In this document: one piece after another, positions 51,870 to 62,348 of the stretch | How positions within the stretch are numbered: the first letter of the stretch is position 1 | Layout: every line of letters begins with the position of its first letter | Source of the DNA: an uncultured Pelagibacteraceae bacterium | GTDB lineage: Bacteria > Pseudomonadota > Alphaproteobacteria > Pelagibacterales > Pelagibacteraceae | Reading direction: 5' to 3' | DNA length: 64,000 nucleotides | Assembly (NCBI GenBank): GCA_902628965.1 | Contig: CACOPB010000001.1 | Span: 206,491 to 270,490 of the forward strand | Made by a program: the position numbers and the translations under genes | The notes under the pieces: generated by a model | Told to the model about the DNA's origin: nothing | What the model saw: the letters and a program-made list of their open reading frames with translations, nothing else | Databases searched by the model: none

Positions 51870-53525
51870 ATGAATAATAACTCAAAAGTATTAGCTTTAA
51901 AATATAGACCACAAACTTTTGATGATCTTATTGGTCAAGAGGTTGTTGCAGAAACTATTACCAATTCGATTAAAGCTGACAAAATTCCTAATGCATATTT
52001 GTTCACTGGAATAAGGGGAATAGGAAAAACAACAACAGCACGTATTGTTGCAAAAGCACTTAATTGTTCAAATGGTATAGATAATTTATGCAAAGAAAAC
52101 TTTTGTGAAAGCTGTAAATCTATAAGTGAGTCTAGTCATATAGATGTGCTTGAAATGGATGCGGCAAGCAAAACAGGTGTAGATGATGTGAGAGATTTAA
52201 TCGAATTTTCAAGATATGGGCCTACCTCGGCTAAATATAAAATCTTCATTATTGATGAAGTTCATATGTTAAGCAAACAAGCATTTAATGCTTTATTAAA
52301 AACTTTGGAGGAACCACCAGAATATCTAAAATTTATTTTTGCAACTACAGAAATTAAAAAAATTCCAATTACAGTAGTATCTAGATGTCAAAGATTTGAT
52401 CTATCTAGAATTAAATCCTCAGAATTATTGGAGTTTATTAAAAAAATTAAGAACAAGGAAAATGGAAAAATAAGCGACGATGCTTTAAAGCTTATAGTCA
52501 AAATTTCTGAGGGTTCTGTTAGAGATTCTTTGTCTTTGCTTGATAGAGCATTATTAAGCTTGGATGAAGGAAAAGAATTAGACTTAAATTCAGCTCAGAA
52601 AATTTTTGGATATTTTGATAAATCTCAATTAATTGATTTGTTTGAGTTAATTTTAAAAGGTGAAGAAACAAAAGTAATAAGTATTTACCGAAAAATTTAT
52701 GACCAAGGTGTTGAACCAAAGGTTTTTATTAATGATTTCTTAGAGTTACTTTACTACTTTAAAAATATTAATTCTTTAACTTTAGAAAGTACAAACTTTT
52801 CATTAAATGATGAAGAATTTTCTAAAATTAAAAATTTATCAAATCAAATAGATACAGAGGTACTAATATTGTTTTGGCAATTTGCTATCTCTTCTCTCGA
52901 GGAGATAGACATAGTTTCTAATCAGCACCTTTCAATTGAGATGTTCTTAGTAAGACTAATGCATTTAAGTTCTGTAAAACTTGAAAATAAAATTGAAAAT
53001 GTTGAGGCTCAGTTGAAGAGTGAAAATTTAGTAAAGAATACAGAAAGTGAATTAATTTCTAAAGCAATAAATCAAATTAAAAATGTTGCACAGGAAGAAA
53101 AAACCAAACCAGAAGTCCAGACAGAAATTAAAGCAGAACATAAAATTAATATAAATGCATTTGAGGATTTAATTGAAATTTGCTCAAAAAAAAAAGAGAT
53201 CAAACTTAAATACGAGTTAGAAAAAAATGTAAACCTTGTAAAATTTGAAAAAAATAGAATTGAAATATCTTTTAATGAAAGTTTAGATAAAGACTTTGTA
53301 AGAGATTTATCATCAAAGCTTTTTGAATGGACTGACGAAAGATGGATTATTACGTTTAGTAAATTAAAAGGGCAAATTTCAGTAAAAGATAAAGAAAAAA
53401 ACATAAAAAAACAGTTAATGGATGAAATGAAAAATTCAGAAATATTTAAAAGTGTGATGGATAAATTTCCTGATGCTGAATTAATAGATATAAATTCAAA
53501 CAAAGATGGGGTTGATAATGACTGA
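51870..53525 (+). CDS. dnaX: DNA polymerase III subunit gamma/tau
   Basis: KYRPQTF, GIGKTT, Zn Cys cluster, DAAS, DEVHML, SRC. Confidence 0.97.
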   Translation: MNNNSKVLALKYRPQTFDDLIGQEVVAETITNSIKADKIPNAYLFTGIRGIGKTTTARIVAKALNCSNGIDNLCKENFCESCKSISESSHIDVLEMDAASKTGVDDVRDLIEFSRYGPTSAKYKIFIIDEVHMLSKQAFNALLKTLEEPPEYLKFIFATTEIKKIPITVVSRCQRFDLSRIKSSELLEFIKKIKNKENGKISDDALKLIVKISEGSVRDSLSLLDRALLSLDEGKELDLNSAQKIFGYFDKSQLIDLFELILKGEETKVISIYRKIYDQGVEPKVFINDFLELLYYFKNINSLTLESTNFSLNDEEFSKIKNLSNQIDTEVLILFWQFAISSLEEIDIVSNQHLSIEMFLVRLMHLSSVKLENKIENVEAQLKSENLVKNTESELISKAINQIKNVAQEEKTKPEVQTEIKAEHKININAFEDLIEICSKKKEIKLKYELEKNVNLVKFEKNRIEISFNESLDKDFVRDLSSKLFEWTDERWIITFSKLKGQISVKDKEKNIKKQLMDEMKNSEIFKSVMDKFPDAELIDINSNKDGVDND

Positions 53526-53835
53526 TTTTAGTAAAATTTTAGATAAAGCAAAAGAACTTGAGGCCAAAATGAAAGAAAGCCAACAAAAGATTAAGGAAAT
53601 TAGAGTTGAAGGAGTTTCGGGCTCAAATTCTGTAAAGATAACATTGGATGGAGAGGGAGAGATGCAAACAATAAAGTTATCTGATGAAATTATGAAAGAG
53701 GACAAAACTATAATTGAAGATTTAATTGTTGCAGCACATAATAGTGCTAAATCTCAACTTAAATCAAAAACAACTGAGGAAATTTCAAAAGCAACTGGAG
53801 GTTTTGGAATTCCTGGTTTTAAATGGCCTTTATAA
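53518..53835 (+). CDS. ybaB: YbaB/EbfC nucleoid-associated protein
   Basis: dnaX-ybaB-recR order; V.ITLDG.G, EDLIVAAHN. Confidence 0.92.
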   Translation: MTDFSKILDKAKELEAKMKESQQKIKEIRVEGVSGSNSVKITLDGEGEMQTIKLSDEIMKEDKTIIEDLIVAAHNSAKSQLKSKTTEEISKATGGFGIPGFKWPL

Positions 53836-53838
53836 TAG

Positions 53839-54447
53839 ATGCAAAACATCAGTGAGATAGAAGAATTAATTAAATTAATTTCGAAACTTCCAGGGTTAGG
53901 TCCCAAATCTGCAAAAAGAATTGTTTTAAAATTAATAAATAATCGTGACGAACTTATAAAACCTATGGCAAATATATTGGCACAGGTTTATAAAAATGTA
54001 GTTAGATGCAATTCATGTGGTGCATTAAAGTCAAATTCAAATGGGTGCCTAAATTGTGAAAATACAAAAGAAAAGTATGATAAAATTTGTGTTGTAGAGG
54101 ATATTGCAGATCAATGGTCAATTGAAAACTCAAATATTTTTCAGGGTTATTTTCATATTTTAGGTGGAACAATTTCATCAGTTGGCCAAAGAAAAGAAGA
54201 TTTATTAATTAATTCATTAGTAGAAAGAGTTAATAGAGATAAAATTCAAGAGGTGATCTTAGCAACCAGTGCAACTGTTGAGGGTCAAACAACAGCTTAT
54301 TATATTCAAGATAGTTTAAAAGATTTGAATGTTAAAGTTACTAAGTTAGCACAAGGATTACCTGTCGGTGGAGAAATTGAAAGTTTAGATGATGGGACTT
54401 TATTTTCTGCCTTCAAAAATAGATCTAATTTGGTTTCGAACTCATAG
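53839..54447 (+). CDS. recR: Recombination mediator RecR
   Basis: LPGLGPKSAKR, C4 Zn finger, TOPRIM VVED, ATVEGQTTA, GLPVGGE. Confidence 0.96.
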   Translation: MQNISEIEELIKLISKLPGLGPKSAKRIVLKLINNRDELIKPMANILAQVYKNVVRCNSCGALKSNSNGCLNCENTKEKYDKICVVEDIADQWSIENSNIFQGYFHILGGTISSVGQRKEDLLINSLVERVNRDKIQEVILATSATVEGQTTAYYIQDSLKDLNVKVTKLAQGLPVGGEIESLDDGTLFSAFKNRSNLVSNS

Positions 54448-56599
54448 TAGATTTTTTTTTCAACCTATTTAAATGAAGTAACGGCTCAGTGTAACCTGAA
54501 GGTTGCTCTTTACCTTTAAATACTAAATCACATGCAGTTTGAAATGCCACAGAGTTTTGGTAATCATCACTCATCTTAATATATTGTGGGTCACTTTTGT
54601 TTTGTTCGTCTACTATTTTAGCCATGTCTTTCATTATTTCAGTTACTTGTATTTTTGTTGTAATACCATGATGAATCCAGTTGGCTATATGTTGAGATGA
54701 AATTCTAAGAGTTGCTCTGTCTTCCATCAAACCAATATTGTTAATATCAGGTACTTTAGAGCAACCTACACCTTGGTCTACCCATCTCACCACATAACCC
54801 AATAAAGTTTGTGCAGAATTGGAAATTTCTTTGTTTATATCTTCTATAGACCAATTAGGTCTATTCGCAATTGGGATTGTTAATAGATCATCAAGCTTAG
54901 CTGGCTCTCTATCTTTTAACTTTTCCTGTTCATTGAAAATATTTATTTCATGATAATGAAGAGCATGTAAAGCAGCGGCTGTTGGTGATGGAACCCACGC
55001 GCAGTTTGCGCCTGCTTTTAAATGTCCTGTTTTTTGTTCCATCATATCTTTCATTTTATCTGGCATTGCCCACATTCCTTTTCCTATTTGAGCTTTACCT
55101 GAAAAACCACAGCTTAAACCAATATCAACATTATTATTTTCGTAAGCAGTAATCCATTTAGATGATTTCATTTCACCTTTTTTAATCATAGGACCAGCTT
55201 CCATCGATGTATGCATTTCGTCACCAGTTCTATCCAAGAAACCAGTATTTATGAAAAAAACTCGATTTTTAAGACTTCTAATACATTCTTTTAAATTTGC
55301 TGATGTTCTTCTTTCTTCATCCATAATACCAATTTTACAAGTGTACCTAGGTAAATTAAGAACTTCCTCAACTTTAGAAAAAAGTAAATCTGTGAATGCC
55401 GTTTCCTCTGGACCATGCATTTTAGGCTTCACGATATAAATAGATCCAGTTCTCGAATTATTTTTGTTTTTAATATCATGTAATGCAGCTGCTGTAGTTA
55501 TAAATGCATCCATAATACCTTCAGGTATTTCAGTTCCGTCTCTTAGCAAAATTGAGGGGTTAGTCATTAGATGACCAACATTTCTTACAAGCAAAAGACT
55601 TCTACCATGCAACTTTAAACCCTTACCATCTTTTGAGATATAGCTTCTGTGTGGATTTAATTTTCTCTCAAATAATTTACCTTCTTTTTCAAATTTTGAT
55701 TTGAGGTCTCCTTTCATTAGTCCTAACCAATTTCGATAACAAATAATTTTATCTTCTGAGTCGACTGCTGCTACACTATCTTCATTATCACAAATTGTAG
55801 ACACTGCAGATTCTAGTATAATGTCACTAATACCCGCGTGATCTTGTTGAGCAGCAAAAGCTCTGGAGTCTTTTAGAATTTCTATATGTAAATTATTATT
55901 CTTTAGAATAATTGCTGATGGATTATCGCTTTCACCTCTGTGCCCAACAAATTTATTTTCGTCTTTCAAATCAAAAATATCAGCACCTTTTAAAACTTTT
56001 AATTTCCCATATTTTACAGCAAAACTTGTAATTTTATTCCAACTTAATCCCGCTAACGGAAAGTACTTATCTAAAAAATTTCTTCCATATCTTATAACCA
56101 TTTCACCTCTCAAAGGGTCATACCTTTCGGATACGCTATCTTCAGACTGTTCAATTACATCTGTACCATAAAGACTATCGTATAAACTCATCCATCTTGC
56201 ATTTGCTGCATTTAGCGCATATCTCGCATTAATGACGGGCACAACTAACTGAGGTCCAGCTATACTTGAAATTTCTTCATCAACATTTTTAGTTTCAATT
56301 TTAAAATTAGGTCCCTCTTCTTTTAGATAATTAATTTCTAATAAAAATTTTTTATAAACATCTGGCTTAAATTCTTTACTTTTATTTTTTATATGCCAAT
56401 CATCTATCTTTTTTTGTAATTCTTCTCTAAATATAATCAATTCTTTATTTTTTGGTGCGAGCTCATCAAGAGTTTTATCAAGACCTAACCAAAAATTTTC
56501 TGCTGATACATTTGTGTCTTTTAATAATTCATCATTAACAAAGTTTGATAGTTTCTCAGATACTTTTAAATTATTAATTTTAATGTATTTTTCTTGCAT
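54425..56599 (-). CDS. glcB: Malate synthase G
   Basis: GPQLVVP...ARYALNAANARW.SLYD, VRNVGHLM, KPKMHGP, NTGFLDRTGD, WVPSPTAA, MEDRATLRIS. Confidence 0.97.
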   Translation of the reverse strand: MQEKYIKINNLKVSEKLSNFVNDELLKDTNVSAENFWLGLDKTLDELAPKNKELIIFREELQKKIDDWHIKNKSKEFKPDVYKKFLLEINYLKEEGPNFKIETKNVDEEISSIAGPQLVVPVINARYALNAANARWMSLYDSLYGTDVIEQSEDSVSERYDPLRGEMVIRYGRNFLDKYFPLAGLSWNKITSFAVKYGKLKVLKGADIFDLKDENKFVGHRGESDNPSAIILKNNNLHIEILKDSRAFAAQQDHAGISDIILESAVSTICDNEDSVAAVDSEDKIICYRNWLGLMKGDLKSKFEKEGKLFERKLNPHRSYISKDGKGLKLHGRSLLLVRNVGHLMTNPSILLRDGTEIPEGIMDAFITTAAALHDIKNKNNSRTGSIYIVKPKMHGPEETAFTDLLFSKVEEVLNLPRYTCKIGIMDEERRTSANLKECIRSLKNRVFFINTGFLDRTGDEMHTSMEAGPMIKKGEMKSSKWITAYENNNVDIGLSCGFSGKAQIGKGMWAMPDKMKDMMEQKTGHLKAGANCAWVPSPTAAALHALHYHEINIFNEQEKLKDREPAKLDDLLTIPIANRPNWSIEDINKEISNSAQTLLGYVVRWVDQGVGCSKVPDINNIGLMEDRATLRISSQHIANWIHHGITTKIQVTEIMKDMAKIVDEQNKSDPQYIKMSDDYQNSVAFQTACDLVFKGKEQPSGYTEPLLHLNRLKKKSTMSSKPN

Positions 56600-56618
56600 A
56601 GCACCTTAATTCGTACCC

Positions 56619-56760
56619 CATCTGTATTTTTGCCTGAGAGCTTTACTCCTTCGGCGGAATTTATTCTCTTTCCAGAGTGTTATGCTTTAATCGGTCCTTT
56701 TGCCTGAGAGTTTCCGGGGTGGTTGCTCCTTCGGCGCTAAAAATAGTCTCTCCCGATCAT
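56619..56760 (-). promoter_or_regulatory. Tandem glycine riboswitch upstream of glcB
   Basis: Two aptamers on the minus strand: GGGAGAG...CGCCGAAGGAGCAA...CTCTCAGGCAAAAGGAC and CTGGAAAG...CGCCGAAGGAG...CTCTCAGGCAAAAATACAG. Confidence 0.95.
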
Positions 56761-56866
56761 TGATTTGTATCTGTTAAGAAAATTAAGTCAATTAATAAGA
56801 ATTACACGTTTTTTAATATCATTTTATTGCCTTTTTTGTATTTTAACCATTCACTATAAATAAAAT

Positions 56867-57964
56867 ATGAAAAGTTACCTAAATTTTGAAACAGAAATTA
56901 AAGATCTAGAAAACGAACTAGAAAAATTAAAAGATCCCTTTAATCAAGAGGGATTATCAGAAGTGGATACACAAAAAATTTCAAGTACCCAAAATGAAAT
57001 AGATGAAAAATTAAAAAAGATTTATTCCAATCTAGATCCTTGGCAGACTACTATGGTTGCCCGTCACGAAGATAGACCTAAAGCAAAATTCTTTATTGAT
57101 AATTTGTTTGATGATTTCATTTCCCTATCTGGAGATAGATACTATGGAGAGGATAAATCAGTTTTAACTGGATTTGCAAAATTTAATGGAAAATCTGTTT
57201 TAGTGATAGGCCAAGAAAAAGGAGAAGATTTAGACAGTAGGATTGAGAGAAATTTTGGAATGATGAGGCCTGAAGGTTATAGAAAAACAATAAGATTAAT
57301 GAATTTAGCAAATAAATTTAATATTCCAATAATTTCCTTTGTAGATACTCCAGGAGCATACCCAGGTGTAGGAGCTGAAGAACGGGGACAGGCAGAGGCT
57401 ATTGCAAAATCAATTGAGTGCTGCATGGAACTTAAGGTTCCAACAATTGCGATAATTATTGGTGAGGGTGGTTCTGGTGGGGCAATAGCATTAGCCTCAT
57501 CAAATAAAGTTCTTATGTTAGAAAATGCAATTTACTCGGTAATATCCCCAGAAGGATGCGCAACTATTCTTTGGAGAGACCCAAAAAAAATGCTCGATGC
57601 CGCAAAAGCAATGAAGCTTTCAGCTAAAGATTTACTAAATTTAAAAGTAATTGACGAAATAATTGAGGAACCTATAGGTGGCGCACATAGAGATAGAGAT
57701 ATAATATTAAGCAATGTCAGACTAGCTTTGACAAAAAATTTGAATTATTTTTATGAATCATCTCCAGAAGAAATAATAAATGAGAGAAAAAATAAATTTC
57801 TTAAAATTGGAAGAAGCGACGGTTTTATGACTAGCACAGAAGATTTTAGCACATTAACTATTAGGAAAAATAATTTTGATAAAATTTTAAAATCAAAAAA
57901 AGTGTTATCAGCAATTGTTGGTGGATTAATTTTAATTTCTTTTATTCTTTTTATGTTAATTTAA
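56867..57964 (+). CDS. accA: Acetyl-CoA carboxylase carboxyltransferase alpha subunit
   Basis: ARHEDRP, NFGMMRPEGYRK, DTPGAYPG, GEGGSGGA, YSVISPEGCA. Confidence 0.97.
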   Translation: MKSYLNFETEIKDLENELEKLKDPFNQEGLSEVDTQKISSTQNEIDEKLKKIYSNLDPWQTTMVARHEDRPKAKFFIDNLFDDFISLSGDRYYGEDKSVLTGFAKFNGKSVLVIGQEKGEDLDSRIERNFGMMRPEGYRKTIRLMNLANKFNIPIISFVDTPGAYPGVGAEERGQAEAIAKSIECCMELKVPTIAIIIGEGGSGGAIALASSNKVLMLENAIYSVISPEGCATILWRDPKKMLDAAKAMKLSAKDLLNLKVIDEIIEEPIGGAHRDRDIILSNVRLALTKNLNYFYESSPEEIINERKNKFLKIGRSDGFMTSTEDFSTLTIRKNNFDKILKSKKVLSAIVGGLILISFILFMLI

Positions 57965-57966
57965 AT

Positions 57967-60513
57967 TTATCTAGTACCGTGACAGTGCTTAAATTTTTTA
58001 CCAGATCCACAGAAACATGGTTCATTTCTTCCCATTTTTTTATTATTTGAAATTTGTTTTGATGTTTCATTTTTTTTATCTTCTTTGTCCTGGCTTGACT
58101 CAAGTACAACCTTTAAGTTTATTAAAATAGTTACATAATCTAATTTTAATTTTTCTAGAAGATTTGAAAATAACTCAAATGCCTCTTTTTTATATTCAAT
58201 TAATGGATCTCTTCCACCATAAGATCTAAGACCAATTACTTGTCGAAGTTGTTCTAAATATTGAATATGTGATTTCCAATTTAAATCAATTGATTGAAGA
58301 AAAATTCTTTTTTCGATTTCTTTTGCATTATCTTCACCTAGAAGTTTAATTCGATCGTTTCTAGTTTCTTTAAATTTATTAGCAATCTTTTCTTTAAAAT
58401 CTTTATCGTTCGCCTCAATTAAATCCCTAAACTCATTCTCTTCAAAACTTTTTCCAACTATCTGCTTAGTTTTGTTATTAAATTCATTGCTTACAGGGTT
58501 GGATAAATTTGAAATTTTTAACTTTATTAAATCGTCAGATATTTCTTTCAAAAAACTGTCTGAATAATCAAAAATATTTTGACTCTTCATCACATCTTTT
58601 CTTTGAGAAAAAATAACATGCCTTTGATCATTAAGAACATTATCAAATTTTATAAGTGTTTTTCTTATATCAAAATTTCTAGCTTCTACTTTTTGCTGGG
58701 CTCTCTCTAACGCTTTATTAATCCATGGATGGTCTATACTTTCGCCGTCTTTAAGTCCAAGTTTTTCCAACATATTATTCATAGACTCTGATCCAAAAAT
58801 TCTCATCAAATCATCCTCTAAACTAACATAAAATACAGAACTGCCTTCATCTCCTTGTCTTCCTGACCTTCCTCTAGCTTGGTTATCTACTCTTCTAGAT
58901 TCCATTCTTTCTGTGCCAATTACAAATAAACCACCTAAGGATTTAATTTTATTTTTATTTTTTTGAAGTTGGTCTTCTGGAATTGAACCTTTCTTTCCAC
59001 CAAGTTGAATATCAACACCTCTTCCAGAAATACTTGTTGTGATTATCAATGAATTTTCTGTTCCTGCATTTGCAATTATTTCAGCCTCATTTGCATGATT
59101 TTTTGCATTTAAAACCTCATGTTTAATTTTTTTTTGATTTAATAAATTTGAATAAATTTCAGACTTATTAATGCTTGAGGTAAATACTAAAATAGGCTGA
59201 CCTAATTTGTTTTTTTCAATTATTTTTTCTATAATTGCATTATTCTTCTCTTTTTCTGTTCTAAAAATTAAATCGTTAAAATCCTTTCGGATCATTTCTT
59301 TATTAGTTGGAATAACAACAACAGGTAGATCGTAAATTTCAAAAAACTCTTCAGATTCTGTAACAGCTGTACCAGTGCAACCAGATATTTTTTTATAAAG
59401 TTTAAAATAATTTTGATAAGTTATTGAAGCTAAAGTTTGATTTTCAGCCTGTACTTGAATTTTTTCTTTAGCTTCTAATGCCTGATGCAAGCCATCACCA
59501 AATCGTCTACCTTCTAAAATTCTTCCAGTAAGTTCGTCTATAATTTTAAGACTTCCATCTTTAACAATATAATCTCTCCCCTTTTCAAATAAATGATTTG
59601 CTCTTAAAGCTTGATTGACATGGTGCACCAAATGTAAATTTTCTGGATCATAAAAGTTATCATTTTTTAAAATACCAGCGTTAGAAAAAAGTTTTTCAAC
59701 ATTATTAATTCCATCATTTGTTAATAATATGTTCTTTTCTTTTTCATCTATTTCAAAGTCTTTATTATTTAAGATTCTAATTAGTTTATCAATTGCTAGA
59801 TATTGAGCGGTTTTATCTTCTGCTGCCCCAGAAATTACTAAAGGTGTTCTTGCCTCATCAATCAAACATGAGTCTATCTCATCTACTATTGCGAAATTAT
59901 GATCTCTCTGAACCATTTGATCTTCAGAAAATTTCATATTATCTCTTAAGTAGTCAAAACCTAATTCACTATTAGTTGCATAAGTAATATCGCAATTATA
60001 ATTTTTCTTACGCTCAACATCATCTTGATTGTTGTTAATAAATCCAGATGAAAGACCTAGAAAATTATAAATTTCTCCCATTTCTATAGAGTCTCTTTTT
60101 GCAAGATAATCGTTTACAGTTACTATATGAACACCTTTGCCACTTAATGAATTTAAATAAGCAGCAAGTGTTATGGTCAAAGTTTTACCTTCTCCAGTTC
60201 TCATTTCAGAAATTTTGCCCTGATGTAAAGCCACACCCCCAATTAACTGAACATTAAAGTGTCTTTCTTTTCGTGTTCTTTTGGACGCTTCTCTGACTAA
60301 AGCAAAAGCTTCAGGAAGCAACTCATCTAAAGATTTTCCATCCTTTACCTGGTTTTTAAATTCATTTGTTTTATTAGGGAAATCTGCGTTATTTAAATTT
60401 TTAAAACTTTCTTCTAGTGAGTTTATTTTTTCAACAATTTTACCAATTTTATCTAGCTCTTTTTGATTACTAGATTTAATAAATTTTGTTACTAAATTTA
60501 ATGGGTTAAACAT
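57967..60513 (-). CDS. secA: Preprotein translocase ATPase SecA
   Basis: MRTGEGKT, DEIDS, GRRF.DGLHQ, QARGRSGRQGD, GRNEPCFCGSGKKFKHCHG. Confidence 0.98.
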   Translation of the reverse strand: MFNPLNLVTKFIKSSNQKELDKIGKIVEKINSLEESFKNLNNADFPNKTNEFKNQVKDGKSLDELLPEAFALVREASKRTRKERHFNVQLIGGVALHQGKISEMRTGEGKTLTITLAAYLNSLSGKGVHIVTVNDYLAKRDSIEMGEIYNFLGLSSGFINNNQDDVERKKNYNCDITYATNSELGFDYLRDNMKFSEDQMVQRDHNFAIVDEIDSCLIDEARTPLVISGAAEDKTAQYLAIDKLIRILNNKDFEIDEKEKNILLTNDGINNVEKLFSNAGILKNDNFYDPENLHLVHHVNQALRANHLFEKGRDYIVKDGSLKIIDELTGRILEGRRFGDGLHQALEAKEKIQVQAENQTLASITYQNYFKLYKKISGCTGTAVTESEEFFEIYDLPVVVIPTNKEMIRKDFNDLIFRTEKEKNNAIIEKIIEKNKLGQPILVFTSSINKSEIYSNLLNQKKIKHEVLNAKNHANEAEIIANAGTENSLIITTSISGRGVDIQLGGKKGSIPEDQLQKNKNKIKSLGGLFVIGTERMESRRVDNQARGRSGRQGDEGSSVFYVSLEDDLMRIFGSESMNNMLEKLGLKDGESIDHPWINKALERAQQKVEARNFDIRKTLIKFDNVLNDQRHVIFSQRKDVMKSQNIFDYSDSFLKEISDDLIKLKISNLSNPVSNEFNNKTKQIVGKSFEENEFRDLIEANDKDFKEKIANKFKETRNDRIKLLGEDNAKEIEKRIFLQSIDLNWKSHIQYLEQLRQVIGLRSYGGRDPLIEYKKEAFELFSNLLEKLKLDYVTILINLKVVLESSQDKEDKKNETSKQISNNKKMGRNEPCFCGSGKKFKHCHGTR

Positions 60514-60578
60514 TACTATTTGATTTATTCTTTACTTATATTGTTTAATATATGTATTAAATAAATAATTTAAACAAT

Positions 60579-61880
60579 ATGGGAATTAATTTAACTAATT
60601 TTTTATCATCTCAATCAAAAAATACTAAAATGATTGATTTTCAAGACCTAGATCATCTAGATGGTCTTGCAATTTCAGTTTTATCTGCAAATTTATATAA
60701 AGATATCAGAGATGATTTAACAATGTTCTATTTTAGAGAAGGTGCTAATTACGCTTCTGTTTATACCCAGTCAAAAATAGTATCTGAAAACATAAAGTGG
60801 AATATTAACCAAAGACCAAAAAAAATATATTCTCTTATTGTAAATACAAGAAATGCCAATGCTTTCACTGGAAAGCAAGGTTATGAAAGTTTAAAAAAAA
60901 TAGCAGATTTCACTGCAAAACAATTAAATAAAAAACAAGAAGAAGACGAGCACAATCCAAAGAAAATTTCTTCAAAAAACATTATTTTTGGTTGTACTGG
61001 TACTATTGGAGAAATTTTTCCATATGAAAAAATTTTAAATAATATTCCAAATTTAATAAATAAAATTCGTTATACCCAAAATAAATTTATTTGGATGAAG
61101 GCAGCGCTTGCGATGATGACTACAGATACGAAACCAAAATTAGCTATGGAGGAATGTCATATTGGAACTGAAAAAGTAAAAATTTATGGAATAGCTAAAG
61201 GATCAGGAATGATATACCCAAATATGGCTACAACACTAGCATATATATTTACTGATGCAACTTTATCCAATGAGATTTTAGGAAAGTTGTTAAAAAAAAA
61301 TATTTCTAATACATTTAACGCTATTTCTTGTGATGGAGATACTAGTACCAATGATATGGCAACTATTTTTGCGACTAATGAAGTAAAAAATTCTCAAGTA
61401 AAAAGTGCCAGTGAAAATAAAATTAAACATTTTGATAAAGCTTTAAATAATGTTCTTTTGAATTTAGCCAAAAGAGTTGTTTCAGATGGTGAAGGAGCAT
61501 CAAAATTGATTACAATAAATGTTAATAAATGTAAAAATGAGATAGATGCAAAAAAAATTGCCATGTCCGTTGCAAATTCTCCATTAGTAAAAACAGCGAT
61601 TGCTGGAGAAGATCCAAATTGGGGGCGAGTTATAATGGCAATCGGTAAAGCAGGTCCTAAAATTAATTTAAATAAATTATCAATTAAGTTTGGGAATATT
61701 ATAATAATAGAAGGTGGAAAATTAAATCAAAGTTATGATGAAAAACAAATAGCAAATTACATGAAATCTGAAAATATAGAGATAAATATTGAAAATTTTA
61801 CGGGAAAGAAAAACTTCACAGTTTATACAATGGATTTAACAAAAAAATATATTGAAATTAATGCAGATTACAGAAGTTAA
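60579..61880 (+). CDS. argJ: Bifunctional ornithine acetyltransferase / N-acetylglutamate synthase
   Basis: NANAFTG, MMTTDT, AKGSGMIYPNMATTL, DGDTSTND, DGEGASK, DPNWGR. Confidence 0.95.
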   Translation: MGINLTNFLSSQSKNTKMIDFQDLDHLDGLAISVLSANLYKDIRDDLTMFYFREGANYASVYTQSKIVSENIKWNINQRPKKIYSLIVNTRNANAFTGKQGYESLKKIADFTAKQLNKKQEEDEHNPKKISSKNIIFGCTGTIGEIFPYEKILNNIPNLINKIRYTQNKFIWMKAALAMMTTDTKPKLAMEECHIGTEKVKIYGIAKGSGMIYPNMATTLAYIFTDATLSNEILGKLLKKNISNTFNAISCDGDTSTNDMATIFATNEVKNSQVKSASENKIKHFDKALNNVLLNLAKRVVSDGEGASKLITINVNKCKNEIDAKKIAMSVANSPLVKTAIAGEDPNWGRVIMAIGKAGPKINLNKLSIKFGNIIIIEGGKLNQSYDEKQIANYMKSENIEINIENFTGKKNFTVYTMDLTKKYIEINADYRS

Positions 61881-61919
61881 AGTGTTGAAAAATAAAATTT
61901 TATAACCATTTTAAAAATT

Positions 61920-62348
61920 ATGATTAAATATAAACTTTTTTGTAAAGACTGTGATTTAAAGTTTGATAGCTGGTTTGCATCTTCACGGGATTATGAAAAA
62001 TTGAAAAAGAAAAAACTTCTAAATTGCCATAAATGTAATTCATTTAAAGTTGAAAAAACAATTATGGCCCCTCAATTAATTAGTAGTAAATCAAAATTAG
62101 ATAAAAAAATAGATTTTGAAAAATATAATGAAGTAAAAAAAACTATAATTGGTTATCAAAAATTTATTAAAGAAAATTTTAAATATGTTGGTGATAATTT
62201 TGCTTATGAGGCTAGATCTATTCATTATGATAATAAAAAAAAATCAAAGGGTATTTATGGAAATACATCTCAGAAAGATTTAAAAGAACTAAAAGAAGAG
62301 GGTATAGATGCCCAAATTATTCCTTGGATAGATGAAAATGAAAATTAG
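61920..62348 (+). CDS. DUF1178 family protein
   Basis: MIKY.L.C...F..WF....C..C...VEK.IMAP; YVGDNFA.EAR.IHY. Confidence 0.88.
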   Translation: MIKYKLFCKDCDLKFDSWFASSRDYEKLKKKKLLNCHKCNSFKVEKTIMAPQLISSKSKLDKKIDFEKYNEVKKTIIGYQKFIKENFKYVGDNFAYEARSIHYDNKKKSKGIYGNTSQKDLKELKEEGIDAQIIPWIDENEN

